Made by a program: the position numbers and the translations under genes. Source: Takakia lepidozioides (Eukaryota; Plantae; Bryophyta). From it: 64,000 nucleotides of DNA. Position 1 is the first letter of the stretch; every line of letters begins with the position of its first letter. Shown piece by piece: positions 1 through 12,692 of this stretch. The notes under the pieces are model-generated. The model worked only from the letters and a program-made list of their open reading frames with translations. It had not been told where the DNA came from and did no database searches. The stretch spans positions 52,886,001 through 52,950,000 of the forward strand of contig CM060733.1 in NCBI GenBank assembly GCA_030704615.1. Direction: 5' to 3'.

Positions 1-2216
1 GGAGCGCACATGCCTCTTCCATTGGACTCAATCTCTGGCACGTCATACAAAGCGCTGCATTCGCCCTGACCTGCAGTTGGAGCACAGAAGGCTCTGTCTC
101 AAGTACAAGAATGCCACCTCAATGGGAGAAGCTGAGAGCACTTACCAGGCAATCCGGGCTTGGTGGTTCTCCTCTGGTGCTGCAACAGGTACCCACGTAA
201 AGGAGTTGGAGGACTGGTTGGTTTTCTGGCACTTCAGGTACAGACAGTGGGGAGCTTTCATGACGACGGTAAGCCTCTTCAATCCCAAAAACAGAAATTT
301 TGCATCGTGCCTGTTCATTTGGGGTTCTTCGATTGTCACTTGAAGAACCTCTACCATTTGTTTTCGTTCCTCACATATCCATGCAATGCCTCCTGCAGGA
401 CATGTCCTTGGAGGACTTGGCCGACATGCCATCCTGTAATTTTGGCGAGACTGTTCACAACGCCTGGATGCAGCAGTCTACCAAAGCAGGTCGTGACTTG
501 TATGTGGCCACTGCTGATGACATGGTGCGTGCACTTACACAACAAACCAGGTACCGCAATTTTCTGATGGGACGGGGTGGAGGCAAGGGCCCTGATACGA
601 CTTTGTTGATGCTAAGGGCTGCGAGTAGGTCCGGAGTCCCGTCGAAGATGGCCAGAGCTCTAAACAGATGCACTGAAGGGTCCGCTCTACAATCCAGATC
701 CCCCATTTGGAAGGCGAGGAAAGATTTGGATCATGCAAAAGGAAATTGAACACTCTTCCAGGGTCAGATGGAGATTCCCATCGGCCAGACAGGGTCAATT
801 TCTCTGTGCCAAAGGTGTCTCCACTGCAGACTGAGTCGTGTGCCCGCCCCTTCCCAGGTGGGTCCTCCTCCAGTGGAGCAGGTGCAGAACATACAAGCAC
901 AGCAGCGGGAATCCCATTGGAGGAGGCGGTGGCCATGGTGCAGGAATCCGATTGCATTGATAGTGAGTGGCATATAGAACGCACCCCACCAGGATCTAGA
1001 GTGGCTTGCATGGCAATTCGGACCCCCTCATTCAAGAAATGCAAATCAAGATATGCAAAGGCTCCAGGGGGACTCCAGCTCCAACATTCACAGGGTTGTT
1101 CCGACCTTATCATAGTGGGGAGTCAAAGGACCACAAATTTTGGTTCTGCCCAGACGATATGGCACGATGCGTGAAGGGAACAGTTCGTCCTTCGGTGATA
1201 ATGAAACCCCTCCCCCCGCAATTTGGCCTGTGCAAATTGGGACGTCGCTGTCATCAACCGAGATAAGCATGCTGGAGGAGGGAGGGTTCTGTCTTGCATG
1301 GTCCCGGGTGGTGCCCTCATGCACTGTCGGCACAGATGTGCCACATGCTCCGGCAATGCCGCCACCCGGTGCCGACTCCCACCGAACAAAAAGAGATGGA
1401 AAACAGTGCGCCGTTTCGCTTCGGGTGCAGATCACGAATGCAAGATGGAATCTGCTAGAATTTTGCAGGCTCGGGTGTCTCGTATCACCGAAGTCCCTTC
1501 TCCGGGGTATGGACGGATTTACACAGTGCTGTCAATTGGGTCAGTTCTTCATGGCAAAGAATATCAGGTTACCGTCGGGAATTTCCCTTCGTGCACTTGT
1601 CCGGACTTTGTAACGATGCGTGAGGGCGCTCTCGGCATGAGAGGGAAGTGGGTCCCCTGCAAGCATCAATATTACATATACCTTGTGATTATGTGTTGCG
1701 ACGGTAAGAGACCAATTCATCCACCAAGCCACACTAGGCTATGGAGAAGTGAACACCCTTCTACAGCGGGACACCTCGCGTGGAGCTCCGCCAACTTCTC
1801 TTTGAACACATACGAGCCATGCCCTTCCCATGCTGGTTGGCAAGTTGCCGTGAAGACTTTGCATTTCTGACAAACATATGGATTTCGTTTACGGAACCAG
1901 GGCAAATGCACATGCAATTCATTGTAAGCGTCTATCTGTGAATTGAAATAAATGTGACAATCATTCTGAGCTCAAATCTGCCATGTTTTCATATTTCTGT
2001 TTTTGAGCGGGCATTGCACACATGGTGTGTGTTGGCCCCCTTGTTTTTGTCCACGGTAATAGGCCCTCTTCCTGCAATCCTCGCCTATAGGACCTTTTCT
2101 CTTCCAGATTGGTGCCACTCACGCTTCCCTTAAGCGTGAGCTCAGCTCACGCTTTCTAGCTTGGACGTGAGCCAGCTCCAGGCTCACGGGGCTGGGCTCA
2201 CGCCGTAGCTACGCTC
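1..2216 (+). mobile_element. Mutator-like (MULE) DNA transposon, right part; left end outside window
   Basis: Transposase-like coding region (CLFHW CxxH motif, C-terminal SWIM finger) followed by subterminal CTCACG/CGTGAG repeats (2110-2216). It ends in ...CCGTAGCTACGCTC exactly where the neighbouring LTR sequence resumes (compare the intact LTR at 19530-19918). Confidence 0.65.
2..1720 (+). pseudogene. MULE transposase/SWIM zinc-finger protein, 5'-partial, frameshifted, with a GT-AG intron at 269-398
   Basis: ERTCLFHWTQSL...FWHFRYRQWGAFMTT joins in phase 0 to DMSLEDLADMPSCN... SWIM motif YQVTVGNFPSCTCPDF...CKH at about 1560-1670. Several frameshifts. Confidence 0.65.
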
Positions 2217-2465
2217 GACTGTGACAGCTGTGTCAGAGTGTGGCGGCTGTTTCGGGCTGTGTCGGGCTGTGACTGGCTGTGCCGGGCTGTGTGTGGCTGT
2301 GACGGGCTGTGACTATGTCGGCTGTGACTGGCTGTGCCGGGCTGTGTATGGGCTGTGACGGGCTATCTCAAAAAATTAAGGGTACCCCTCAGAACCCATA
2401 GAAGTGTCTAAGTCCCAGACTCCACAGAACCCATAAATGCCTAAGTCCCAGACTGCCTCCTAACA
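2217..2465 (-). repeat. 3' LTR of gypsy element A, truncated by the MULE insertion
   Basis: Closely matches 19576-19918 and ends in CCTCCTAACA (TGTTAGG on the minus strand), directly next to a polypurine tract. Confidence 0.85.
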
Positions 2466-2481
2466 TACCCCTTCCCCTCTC
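2466..2481 (-). promoter_or_regulatory. Polypurine tract of gypsy element A
   Basis: Minus strand GAGAGGGGAAGGGGTA lies immediately before the LTR TG. Confidence 0.8.
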
Positions 2482-2915
2482 AAAAAGCCGTGTCCTCACG
2501 TTTTACTGCTTAGGATCAGTAAATCTTGTGTGAACGTGGTCCTGTCTTTTGTGAGAGTGCCGTGGAGGGCTCTCTGTACGTGCCCGAGTTCTATGACTGC
2601 TTGCTGGAGAGCTTGAGCTGTCTTGAACCTGATTTGTTGCCCTTTGACTGAACCGGCTGTAATGGCTCTGGTGTGGAGATCCCTGTCGTTTCTTGTCGTG
2701 CAGTGCTTGATCATATTCCTCCCATATGTCAGAGTTTGTTCTGAAGTTTCAGCTGTTGTGTCCGATCTGTTTCAGTCCTCCTTGCGTGCAGTTTTTGGTT
2801 TTCTTGCCTTCTTGGTTTCTTTGGAATGAAAATTGGCATACAGTGTGGCCCCACCATGTCAGGACCTTAAGCTTCAGAACGTTGTGTAACCTGTTGAAAG
2901 CAAGTTGATTGAACT

Positions 2916-5900
2916 TCAACAATTCCTTCTCAGTATAGGTGAGAGGTGTGCCAGTAACTTTGGAGCAGTATAGATATTGCCAAGCTGTCTGCTCCTTATT
3001 AAAAATGTCGTCAATATGTCGTTTTTCGTGCTCAAGTTGTTCCAGGCCATGTTAAACCATGAACGGAGTTGTGAATCCCTCTGTAACATGATTTTCACAT
3101 CATATAAATACGTATGATGCGGCACCACAGGTAAGGTCCAATGATCTGTAGTGGAATAAGTCAGAAATCTGGACTGCATCTTCTGTTGCTCAATGTGGTA
3201 ACGTGCAATGAAACAAGCAGTATAATAAATTCCACAGCCCATGACCAAACTCGCTACTTCCTTTGTTTTGGTGTGAATGTGCCCATGAACAACCTGGAAA
3301 GCTATTAACTCCTTCAACATGGTGCCTGCCTCAGACCAGTACCTTGAAAAATGATGATCCTCAATGAGCTGATTCATTGCCAGAATCTTAGTCCGAGTGG
3401 CCACTGGCAACCAAATGCGCATTATTTGGTAGTAGTGTGGAAAGGATTGTGGAGGACCAAATTGATTCCAAGCCAAATCCAAGCTATTTGGAATTTCATT
3501 GAAGGGCATGATCATTGCTCGGTTGTATTCCCTTGCAGCATGAGTCTTGGGTGGTTTGAAAGCAGCATTTCCCCATACCTCAGGCCGTGCAACTGCTGTC
3601 ATAGGAGATTCAGTAACCTGTACAGCCACCTGCTGTGAAACTGGTTCTATTGGTGTTTCCACCATTGGCATCCCCTGCACTTCTTGCGAAGAAGACCCGA
3701 AAACTAGAGTTCTGGCCCTCAAATACGCCTCCATGAGATGTTCTTCAGGAATCATGAGCCTTTGGTCTATGTTTGAACTCAAGTCCTCCACTTGAGTTTG
3801 CAGTGTATCCACATCCTCTTGGAGCTCTCCTATTCTACTATAGACATTGTCTATAGTAGTGGTGGCAATATTCTGCACTTGCAGCCTCAGGTCATTCATC
3901 TCCCCCTGGGTGAGCTTTCTCGGTGCTTTCCCTTCCACTGGCCCTTGTGCTAACCATACTTTTAAAAGTTGGTCATCCACTCTGTCCTGTGTAACATCTC
4001 TGAGACTCTGCTCCTCCTTGAGTCTATAGGCATCTAACTGCTGTTGCAATCCTTGCATGCGCTTCTCATGAGGTTCAACTAAATTGGCATAAGCTGCAGC
4101 CAGATTATTGGCTTCCCTTGCTGCCTTGTTAGCTACAGAGAGTTGATTCCTATTTGACATAAGGGTCTGTTGTAACTCCACAATGTACTTCTCCTGGTTA
4201 GCCTCAACCTGTTTGTATTGCTGTAAAGCACCCTCATTGTGACATATTGTATCTTTGAGGTCCACAATGAATTTGGCTTGCTCCACTACCTCCGTTTCTG
4301 CCCTTACACATCGCTCCCTCTGCTGGTTGGCTTCTGTTGTGGCTTGCTCTAGAACATTTGTGAGGGTGGCACATTGCACCGTCATCCTTTGATGTACTAC
4401 CTACTCTCTGCCTGTTGTTCCTTTAGTCCTTGCATCTCATCCTCATGCTTGTTCTGCAATTGGAATAATTGCTGCTTGTGTATCTCCTGCAGATGGTCTT
4501 GCTCCAGACCCCCTCAATCAGTTGCTGCTTAGCAAATTGCAGAGCATTCTTTGTTTCCTTCAACTCCTGTTGCAACTGCAGATGCACTTCCATCTCAACT
4601 TTGTTAACACACTCGGTTGCCAACTGATTTTCGAACTTTTTTCTGAGTTCCTCCTTCAGAACTTCCAACTGAGTCACTGGAACATGTGACTTCATGTAAG
4701 TTCCCAACAAATTGAGGGTTCGGCTTATGGAGTTCATCAGCATAGCCTGCTGAGGCCCATCATGGTTAACATGCTGTTGTTCACCCCCCTCATCCATAGG
4801 ATGATGCCTCACAAACCACTCAGGCCACTGCTCCACCAGATCCTCCTCTCAAATTTCCTCATTTCTCCCAGATGCTGCTGTGTCCTGATGTTCCTCTTCT
4901 GGAACTTGTGGTGCTGGTGGGGGTATTACCTGCACATCAGGAAGTTCACTGGACAGATTTTGGACCTCTGGCTCCACTCTCTCTCTGAGCAAACTAGAGT
5001 CTTCATAGAGAAGATCACCTCTCTCAATCTCTGCCACCACTTGCTCTGTAGTTGGAATATCTAACCCTTCTGTTTCCAAATCTATTTATTTGTGGAGGAA
5101 CCGCATGGACCACTTGTGGTAACTCTTTGGCAAGCCGTTCACCTGGCTGTGATGGTGTGATACTGAATTGACTTCCTGTTCCCTCTCCACAGGTTGTGCT
5201 GTTTGTAACCCTTGATCTCTGTGCTGCTGTACCCTCTCCTGCACAAGAGCTTGAGTAACTTCTTCCTCCTGCTGCCTTGTAGCTAATGGTTCGGCTTCCA
5301 ACGTGATCCCTTTCCTCTGTCTTTTGGGCTGTTGATGCTCTGCCAATCCCCTTCACCCTGTGAAGAACCTTGCTCTTCTATGGTAGTGGTTGTTATTCAA
5401 ACACTCCCATTTCCTTCCTTTCTCTCGCATCAAGTACGCATGAGTCTAGGATGATTTGTGCAATGACTGGCCCAGATACTATGATAGGAGATTTAGCGGC
5501 AGTTCCCTGCAATCTTTTCATCTCTTCTACCAGTCCGTTGTACATGATGTTCTCCCATGCTACCTCTTCTCCTCTCAGGCCTTTGAGTATTTCCTCTGTG
5601 AAGATCTGCTCAAATACTGCTGGTTCTGTTTCATGGCAAACAGAACGTTCAATATCTGGCCTACCTCCTTGAGCCCTGGGTACACCGCTTTGGTACAAGC
5701 ATAGCCTTGAGTTTTAAAGAAACTCCCTTCTTCAAACAAATCTTTCATCTGCAATCTAGCCCTGTGCTCGTCCACATGAACCTGACCTGCTGGCAATGAA
5801 AACAGTTGCTGTAGGTATAAGGGAGTAAGTTCTAATTCAACTCCCTTCACCATTGTGGCTCTGTCTTTGGGTCAAAGTTCTGCAAGAATTCTAACATGTA

Positions 5901-6053
5901 CTTCCGATGGTGCAATGTCCAATCCTTGTTTTGCAATCCTTGTAATCGCAGTTCCTCTAGTAACTTCACCGCGTATGGCGTCGCAATCGTCTGTTTCTGC
6001 AGGATTGTGGTGCTTTTCACCTTGATGTCCTCCATCCCTCTTACTCTCTTCAT
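2916..6053 (-). pseudogene. Extra ORF (about 1000 aa, env-like position) of element A: Athila-ORF/plant-mobile-domain-like N-terminus, long coiled coil, unknown C-terminal domain; frameshifted
   Basis: ATG at 6053 (MKRVRGMEDIK). Consecutive ORF pieces 5847, 5575, 5393, 5086, 4849, 4423 and 2916 form one protein, and a homologous copy exists at 12693-14312. Confidence 0.7.
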
Positions 6054-6744
6054 TTTAGAGAAACCGTAAGGCTGTGGCTGTAACAACTGAAGTAATGCCT
6101 GCAGAGCACAAAGCACAAACGTATGATTGCCACAAAATGCTATGGGTAGTGTCCTGTAAACCTGCGGGGCTTGCAAGCATTGATCAAGAGAAAAGTTACT
6201 CTCTGTTCTTCTGTTTCCTCGCCACTGCGTGAGTAGTATCGCAAGCGTATAATCTGCTAGTTCCCTCATAGCTTCAAAACTATCGCATTGATTGTCTGTC
6301 CCGTCGAGACGCCCGTTACTTGGAACGACGCCGACTCTTACGCTCAGAACCTTTTTACTTTCTTGAAGTTGCTCCTGCTTCATGATTGGCTGTAACCGCT
6401 GTGACTGGATTTTAGAATTAATTTTCTTTAGTGGATTTTCCCTGCTGGCCTGTCCACTAGGATAACACACGTGACAAGAAATTCGTTTTTCTGTACTCGC
6501 CGTATGTTCCGTTACCATTTTTCCGTATGCATTAATGGGCCCGCCATCCATCCTCTTTGACGTAGTAGGTAGGTACTTTGACGGCCACTCCTGTCTTTTT
6601 TCTTGATGACACTTGTTCTTGCAGCTCCTTCTCAGCTGTGCGTCACGGCCTGACTTCCACGCGTCCACTTTTAAACTGACTTCCGCCCTTTCTTCCGCCG
6701 GCCATTTCCCTGATGTTTTCTTTCGTCCACTGTCACTAATCCTA

Positions 6745-6876
6745 TGGACTGTGTAATTCTGATTGGCTGTGTGAGGCTGTGACAGGCTGTGCCGCTCTGT
6801 GCTAGGCTGTGCGCGACTGTGTGACCCTGTGTTGGGCTGTGATGGGCTGTGTGACCCTGTGTTGGGCTGTGATAGC
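6745..6876. repeat. GGCTGTG-based tandem array (10/30-bp period) between pol and the extra ORF
   Basis: Repeated ggctgtg units are directly visible. Confidence 0.85.
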
Positions 6877-7004
6877 TATTTAAACATCTGTGTTTTCCGC
6901 TCCTCACCGGTTTAACGACAAGTATTCTATGCTCCGTTGGTGTTACTGGAACAGCCTGTATTTGCTCCTGTGGTTCTATATGCAAATCGTGCCTCAATGG
7001 CTTG

Positions 7005-10000
7005 TCATGGATACCACTGTATCCTTTCAACTTGTTGGCATTGACCCTGCCCAGCATTTGTTAATGGTTTGTAACATGGCCGTGTTGTTATCATACATCT
7101 TTTGTATAACAAAGGTCCCTTCCATGGCGATTTAAGCTTAGAAGCCTTAATCTTTCCCTTCTTCTGCAACCACAAAACCAAATCTCCTGTTTTGAAAGTC
7201 TTCAACTTCCCTTCATCAAACTGATCCTTCCTTTTCATCTGTATTCTCGTCATGTTGTCAGCTGCATCAGCTCGTACTTCCTCCATATGGTATAATTCAT
7301 GTTTCCTGACCTTAATTGAATCTTCCAATTCCATTCTTCTTCCCCATTCAGTTCATAGTAGGTAATAAAAACTCCACTGAAGTAAAGCTTCCATACCATA
7401 AACTAATTGGAATGGTGTATACTTAGTGGTGACTTTATATGAAGTCCTGTATGACCACAAAGCTGTCAGTAGCTTTGTATCCCAGTCTGTTATGTTTGCA
7501 TTGACTATTTTAGCCAAGATGGTACATAGTATTTTGTTGGTAGCCTCTGCCTGTCCATTACCTTGTGGGTAATAGGTTGTACTTTTCCTATGCACAATCA
7601 TGAACTCCTTAGTCAAGAGTTCTATGGTCTCATTGATGAAGTGACTTCCCTGATCACTGATAAATTCCAGGGGACAGCCAAACCGTGTAAGTATGTTCTC
7701 ATACAGGAACCTGGCTGTGGACTTAGCTGTGTTGTCCCTCAGAGCTTTAGCTTCCACCCACTTCGTAGTATAATCAGTAGCTGTGATTATACTTGTTCTG
7801 TGTATTCTTGGCTGGTGGGTTTATTGGTCCAACAAAGTCCAGTCCCCATTTCTGAAATGGTTCAGTAGGCATTGTAGGATGCAAAGCCATCTTTCCAGAC
7901 CTCTGCAATGGTCCTAGCCTCTGACACTCATCACAAGTTTTACAATACTTGTGCACATCTTTGAACAAGGTAGGCCACCAGTAACGGCAAGTAGTATCTT
8001 CCTACTGGTAGTCTCTTCTCCAAAATGGCCCCCTGCAACTCCTTTATGAATTTCTTCCAAAACTTTATCAACTTCATGGTGGTATAAGCATCGCTTCAGC
8101 ACTCCATCTGTCCTAGCTTATACATTCTGCTTCCTACCATAGTGTAAGGTAAAGCTTGATAGCAATTCTCTTTCTCTGCTCCTTCCCATAACTTGGTGGA
8201 CATTGACCATGAGTAAGATAATATCTGATTGGCCATTGCCAATCTAACCAATCATCTGCACTTCCCTGCACCTCCATTACAAATAAACTCGCATCAGGTA
8301 ACTGATCATCCACTCCTGTGGCGGCCTCTCCTGTTGTTAGTCGTGACAAATGATCTGCCACAAGATGCAAACGGCCAGGCTTGTAAATAACTTCGAACTC
8401 AAACTCATGCAAGATTATTAACCACCTCGCTATCCTTCCACTTATCAAAGGTTTGTTCACCAGATATATCAGAGCCTGGTGATCCACATAAACATAAACT
8501 TTCTTCCCAATAGGTAATGCCTGAATTTCTTGACTGCATAAATCATTGCCAGTGCTTCTCTTTCAGTTGTGCTATAGTTCTTTTCAGCACTGTTCATCAA
8601 CCTGCTAGCATAGTACACAGGTGAATCTATATTTCCTGTAACATTTTGGGCTAACACCGCTCACAACGCTTCTCCTGATGCATCACAGTGAACATGAAAT
8701 ACTCATGCCAGTGAGGGTTAATCAGCACAGGTTTAGTTGTTACTGACAGTGTGTTTCCTCAAACGCCTGTTGACATTCAGCTGTCCAGCAAACACTGCAT
8801 CTTTTTCCAGAAGTTGCTCAATGGTGCTGCTATTTGTGCATACTTTTTGACAATCTTCTGTAATAACTGGTTTGCCCAGGAATCTCCTTAACTCTCATTC
8901 ACTGGGTGGGAGAGCTTTAATGGCCTCTGTCTTCCTGGGATCCACAAGAAGTCCCTTTTTACACACTATGTGTCCCAAAAGTACCCCTGAGTTCACACAG
9001 AAAGTACATTTCTCTGGATTCAGGCCCAGACCTCTCATCCTGCATCTGGCCAGACATAACTCCAATTTATGCAAGTGCTCATTCTTAGAGCTGTACACAC
9101 TGAAATAATCCAAGAACACCTGCATGAAATCATCCAGATACTCATGAAAAGATTCACTTATTACTCTCTGAAAGGTTGCTGGTGCATTACAAAGTCCAAA
9201 AAGCATGACTTTGTATGCATAAGCACCCCAGTCTGTGATGAAAGCTGTCTTTCCTTGATCTTCTTCTGCCACTTGCACTTGATTATAACCACTGAAGCCA
9301 TCCATGAATGAATACATTTCATGGCCTGCCACAGTGTCCAATACTGCTTCTGTGAATGGTAGAGGAAAAGGATCCTTCCTCGTACAAGCATTCAGCTTCT
9401 TGTAGTTCACACAAACTCTTAGTTTGCCATTTTTCTTGGGGACTATCACAATGGGTGACAACCAAGTTGTGTACTCTATCGGGTATATAAATTTAGCTTC
9501 AGCCATCTTTTTGATCTCTTCTCCAACCTTCAGATCCAACCAGTTACTATTTCATTAATAGTAATAATTAAGGTTGCTGGTGCATTACAAAGTCCAAAGG
9601 GCATGACTTTGTATGCATAAGCACCCCAGTCTGTGATGAAAGCTGTCTTTCCTTGATCTTCTTCTGCCACTTGCACTTGATTATAACCACTGAAGCCATC
9701 CATGAATGAATACATTTCATGGCCTGCCACAGTGTCCAATACTGCTTCTGTGAATGGTAGAGGAAAAGGATCCTTCCTCGTACAAGCATTCAGCTTCTTG
9801 TAGTTCACACAAACTCTTAGTTTGCCATTTTTCTTGGGGACTATCACAATGGGTGACAACCAAGTTGTGTACTCTATCGGGTATATAAATTTAGCTTCAG
9901 CCATCTTTTTGATCTCTTCTCCAACCTTCAGATCCAACCAGTTACTATTTCATCCTGTAGACTTACAATGGCTGGTTCCTCTAGGATATCAATCTCTCCT

Positions 10001-10792
10001 TCCCTTTCCTCATAAAAATGTGGTGGGTAACTATTTATTTCCTCCTCAATTGGGGTTGTTGTCACTGCACCACAGTAGATACTTTTTAAACAACTCAGGC
10101 CTTCTAATTGCATCTCTGCAACCTGTTCCCACTCTGGGTGTGCAGCGAACAAAGTAGCTTCCTGTTCCTCATCCAGTCCTTCTTTCCAATCATACTCTCT
10201 GACCCCTCTTGGTCTTCTTGTAGCAGATAGTCTTTCAGATTTCTTAGTGGTGATTTGTATCTTGTTCAACCCATCCTGCACAGTCAGTAACTGTGAATTC
10301 CAATCATGAGACACTTTGGCCTGTTTCAGCCATGGTCTTCCCAACAATAAGGAATAAGCTTCCAGGACTTCATTCATCTTCAACACAGTTACTGTGATCT
10401 TAAAGATCATCTCTTGAATCTGTATTTTAACTCCTCTGATCAATCCCAATGGCTGTACACTCCTTTGGTCTGCCATGGTTACTCTAAATGGGGCTGGTTT
10501 CATGTTGTTTAGACCTAGCTTCTGCCTCAATTGGTCTGTCATGATATTCACACCAGAGCCTCCATCTATCAGTACATCTGCCAGCTGTGCTTCCAATTCT
10601 CAACTGGATAACTGGCATAGAATCATCAAAATCCATGATTGTTTCTTGCCTTTCTGGCCTCACATTATAACTAGTCACCTTGCTGTTCAGGTCTGTGTTC
10701 TCTGTTAAATGGGCAATCCTGTTGATTACTTGATACAGCCTGTGTCTACAATAAGGTGCCACAGCTAATAGCTGTCCAATGGTAATTTCCAC
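7005..10792 (-). pseudogene. pol of element A (protease, RT, RNaseH, integrase), frameshifted, with internal deletion and duplication
   Basis: Protease VLIDGGS; RT KNGKLRVCVNY, DGFSGYNQ, PFGLCNAPATFQR, VFLDYF; RNaseH NYSTTEREAL; integrase H-H/C-C finger, WGLDF, SDQGSHF, YYPQGNGQAE, GP(Y/F). Confidence 0.92.
9172..9953. repeat. 384-bp tandem duplication within RT (9172-9555 and 9570-9953) with a 14-nt filler
   Basis: Two near-identical copies of the RT N-terminus separated by TAATAGTAATAATT. Confidence 0.92.
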
Positions 10793-10798
10793 TTTGGA

Positions 10799-12524
10799 CT
10801 AGCATATCACTTCAGCCAATGTCCCTTCCTTACCCTGCACTTCTGCGGCTTCCCTCTTTCCTTCTTCCTCACTGACTTCTTCTTCTCCTTCAGAGTCTGA
10901 GGAGTCTACCATGGGAATATCAGTACTCTTCTGCATTTCCCGTATGGTATCCGCCACTTCCTTGTGCAGTTCCTTCTCATCTCTCCAAGCCTCATCATCT
11001 TCAGGCACATCACTGCCATCTTCATTATCATCAACTTCATCTTCCACTGGAGGTACTAATTTTGCTCTGCTTCTTGTTACTATCATTGTACTCACTTCCG
11101 GTATAATACATGGCCTAACCATGTGGGCTGCCACTACTGGCCCCTCATTCCCAGGAGCTCTCATCTCATTCTGGTGTCTGATCCAGAATGGACAAGCCGC
11201 CTTACGATGTCCTGCCTGATTACAATAGTAACACAATTCTTCTCCATTGGGTCCTCGCCCTTGGTCTGTTCTGGGATTATTTCTGTAATCCTGATTCCCT
11301 GGCTGGTAATTCCCTCTTGGATTACCCTGATAGCCACCCCTGGGATGTCCCTAGTAATTCCCTCTTGGATTACCTCTCCTTTCCATGCCATTGTTATAAC
11401 CACCTGTCCTACCATAGTGGTCTTGATCATTGTTTCTTCTTGGCTGGGGTTGCACTTGATGCACCCTTACCTGCCTAGGCTCTCTTACTGCTGTTCTTCT
11501 GTTGTAGTAACAATTCTCAGTAGAATGGTTATCCATTTTACAGATAGTGCAGTGTTTCTCCTTCATGTGGCATTCAGTAGTGGTGTGGCCTTCATTCTGG
11601 CATTTTGCACACCAAACACCCTTCCTCCAATGTGTTGCAGCCTCTGTGGCATACTTTTTCAAGATTTCTTCTAATCTCTTCTCATAATTTTCCCTCTTCA
11701 TCTTTTCCTTCTTTTTACTCTTCTTTTTATGCTCCATCTCCTCTTCTTCTTCTGACTCATCCTCAGAGTCCTCTTCATCTCTTTTCTCCTTCCTGAGCAT
11801 TCCCAACTGCTCAATTCTGTTTGCTGTTTCAAATGCCTCCTCCACTGTATTGTGGGGTAACATGTCTACTTTCTTTTGCAACTCTGGCCTTAGTCCATTC
11901 ACAAACCAAGCCTTCTGCAATCCTAGTGCTGGTATAGCAGCCAACTTTTTCATCATCAACTCCATTTTCTCCATATACTCTTCAACAGTTTCATGCTTCT
12001 TCTGCTTCAGCTGCTGTAAACTCCCATACACTTCATTCATCCTCAGTTTTACTGGTCCTGAACCTATTTCGGAGCGTTGTACTCAAGCCATTCCAGGTTA
12101 GGAAATGATTATTAGGGAATCTTGCATATAACTCACTGGCTTTCTTTATAAGTGAACACGGAAACAGTCTCATCTTGGCATCATCGCCATTCTCATTGTT
12201 CACTATACACATGTGCTCAAATTGGCTAATGTGTACATCGGGATCCCCTTTTCCTGAATATATTGGAAAAGGTGGTTTTGCCCGTGTTGGTTGTAACGCC
12301 ATCTGTGGCCCTACCTTCTGCCCACTGACAGGTGCTGGCACCCTTGCTGGTGCTGGTCCTTCTGGACCTGTTGTTTTTGTGGTGGATCTTCCACCAAGTG
12401 GTGGCCCTTGAGCACTCCCTGCTACTGGCCTTTCTATATTCACAGTATTCCCAGCCTCAGTTGCACTACTTTCCACACTCCCTGTCCCCCCAGAGCCAGA
12501 TCCAGGTCTTTCGTCTGATTCCTC
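10799..12524 (-). pseudogene. gag of element A (capsid-like region, zinc knuckles), 5'-truncated and frameshifted
   Basis: FPIYSGKGDPDVHISQF, LKQKKHETVEEY, FVNGLRPE; knuckles CAKCQNEGHTTTEC, CTICKMDNHSTENC, CYYCNQAGHRKAAC. Confidence 0.88.
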
Positions 12525-12692
12525 TGAACTACAAGAAGCTGAATGCTTGTACGAAGAAAGATCCTTTCCCCTTGCCATTCACAAAAGCAGTATTGGACAC
12601 TGTGGCAGGCCATGAGATGTACTCATTCATGGATGGCTTCAGTGGTTATAATCAAGTGCAAGTGGCAGAAGAAGACCAAGGGAAGACAACTT
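12525..12692 (+). pseudogene. Inverted RT fragment
   Basis: NYKKLNACTKKDPFPLPFTKAVLDTVAGHEMYSFMDGFSGYNQVQVAEEDQGKT on the plus strand. Confidence 0.9.

Larger units (their letters stand above)
2217..12524 (-). mobile_element. Ty3/gypsy LTR retrotransposon A (non-chromovirus type), degenerate, 5' end rearranged
   Basis: Minus-strand order is gag, protease, RT, RNaseH, integrase, extra ORF, PPT, LTR. Confidence 0.9.
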
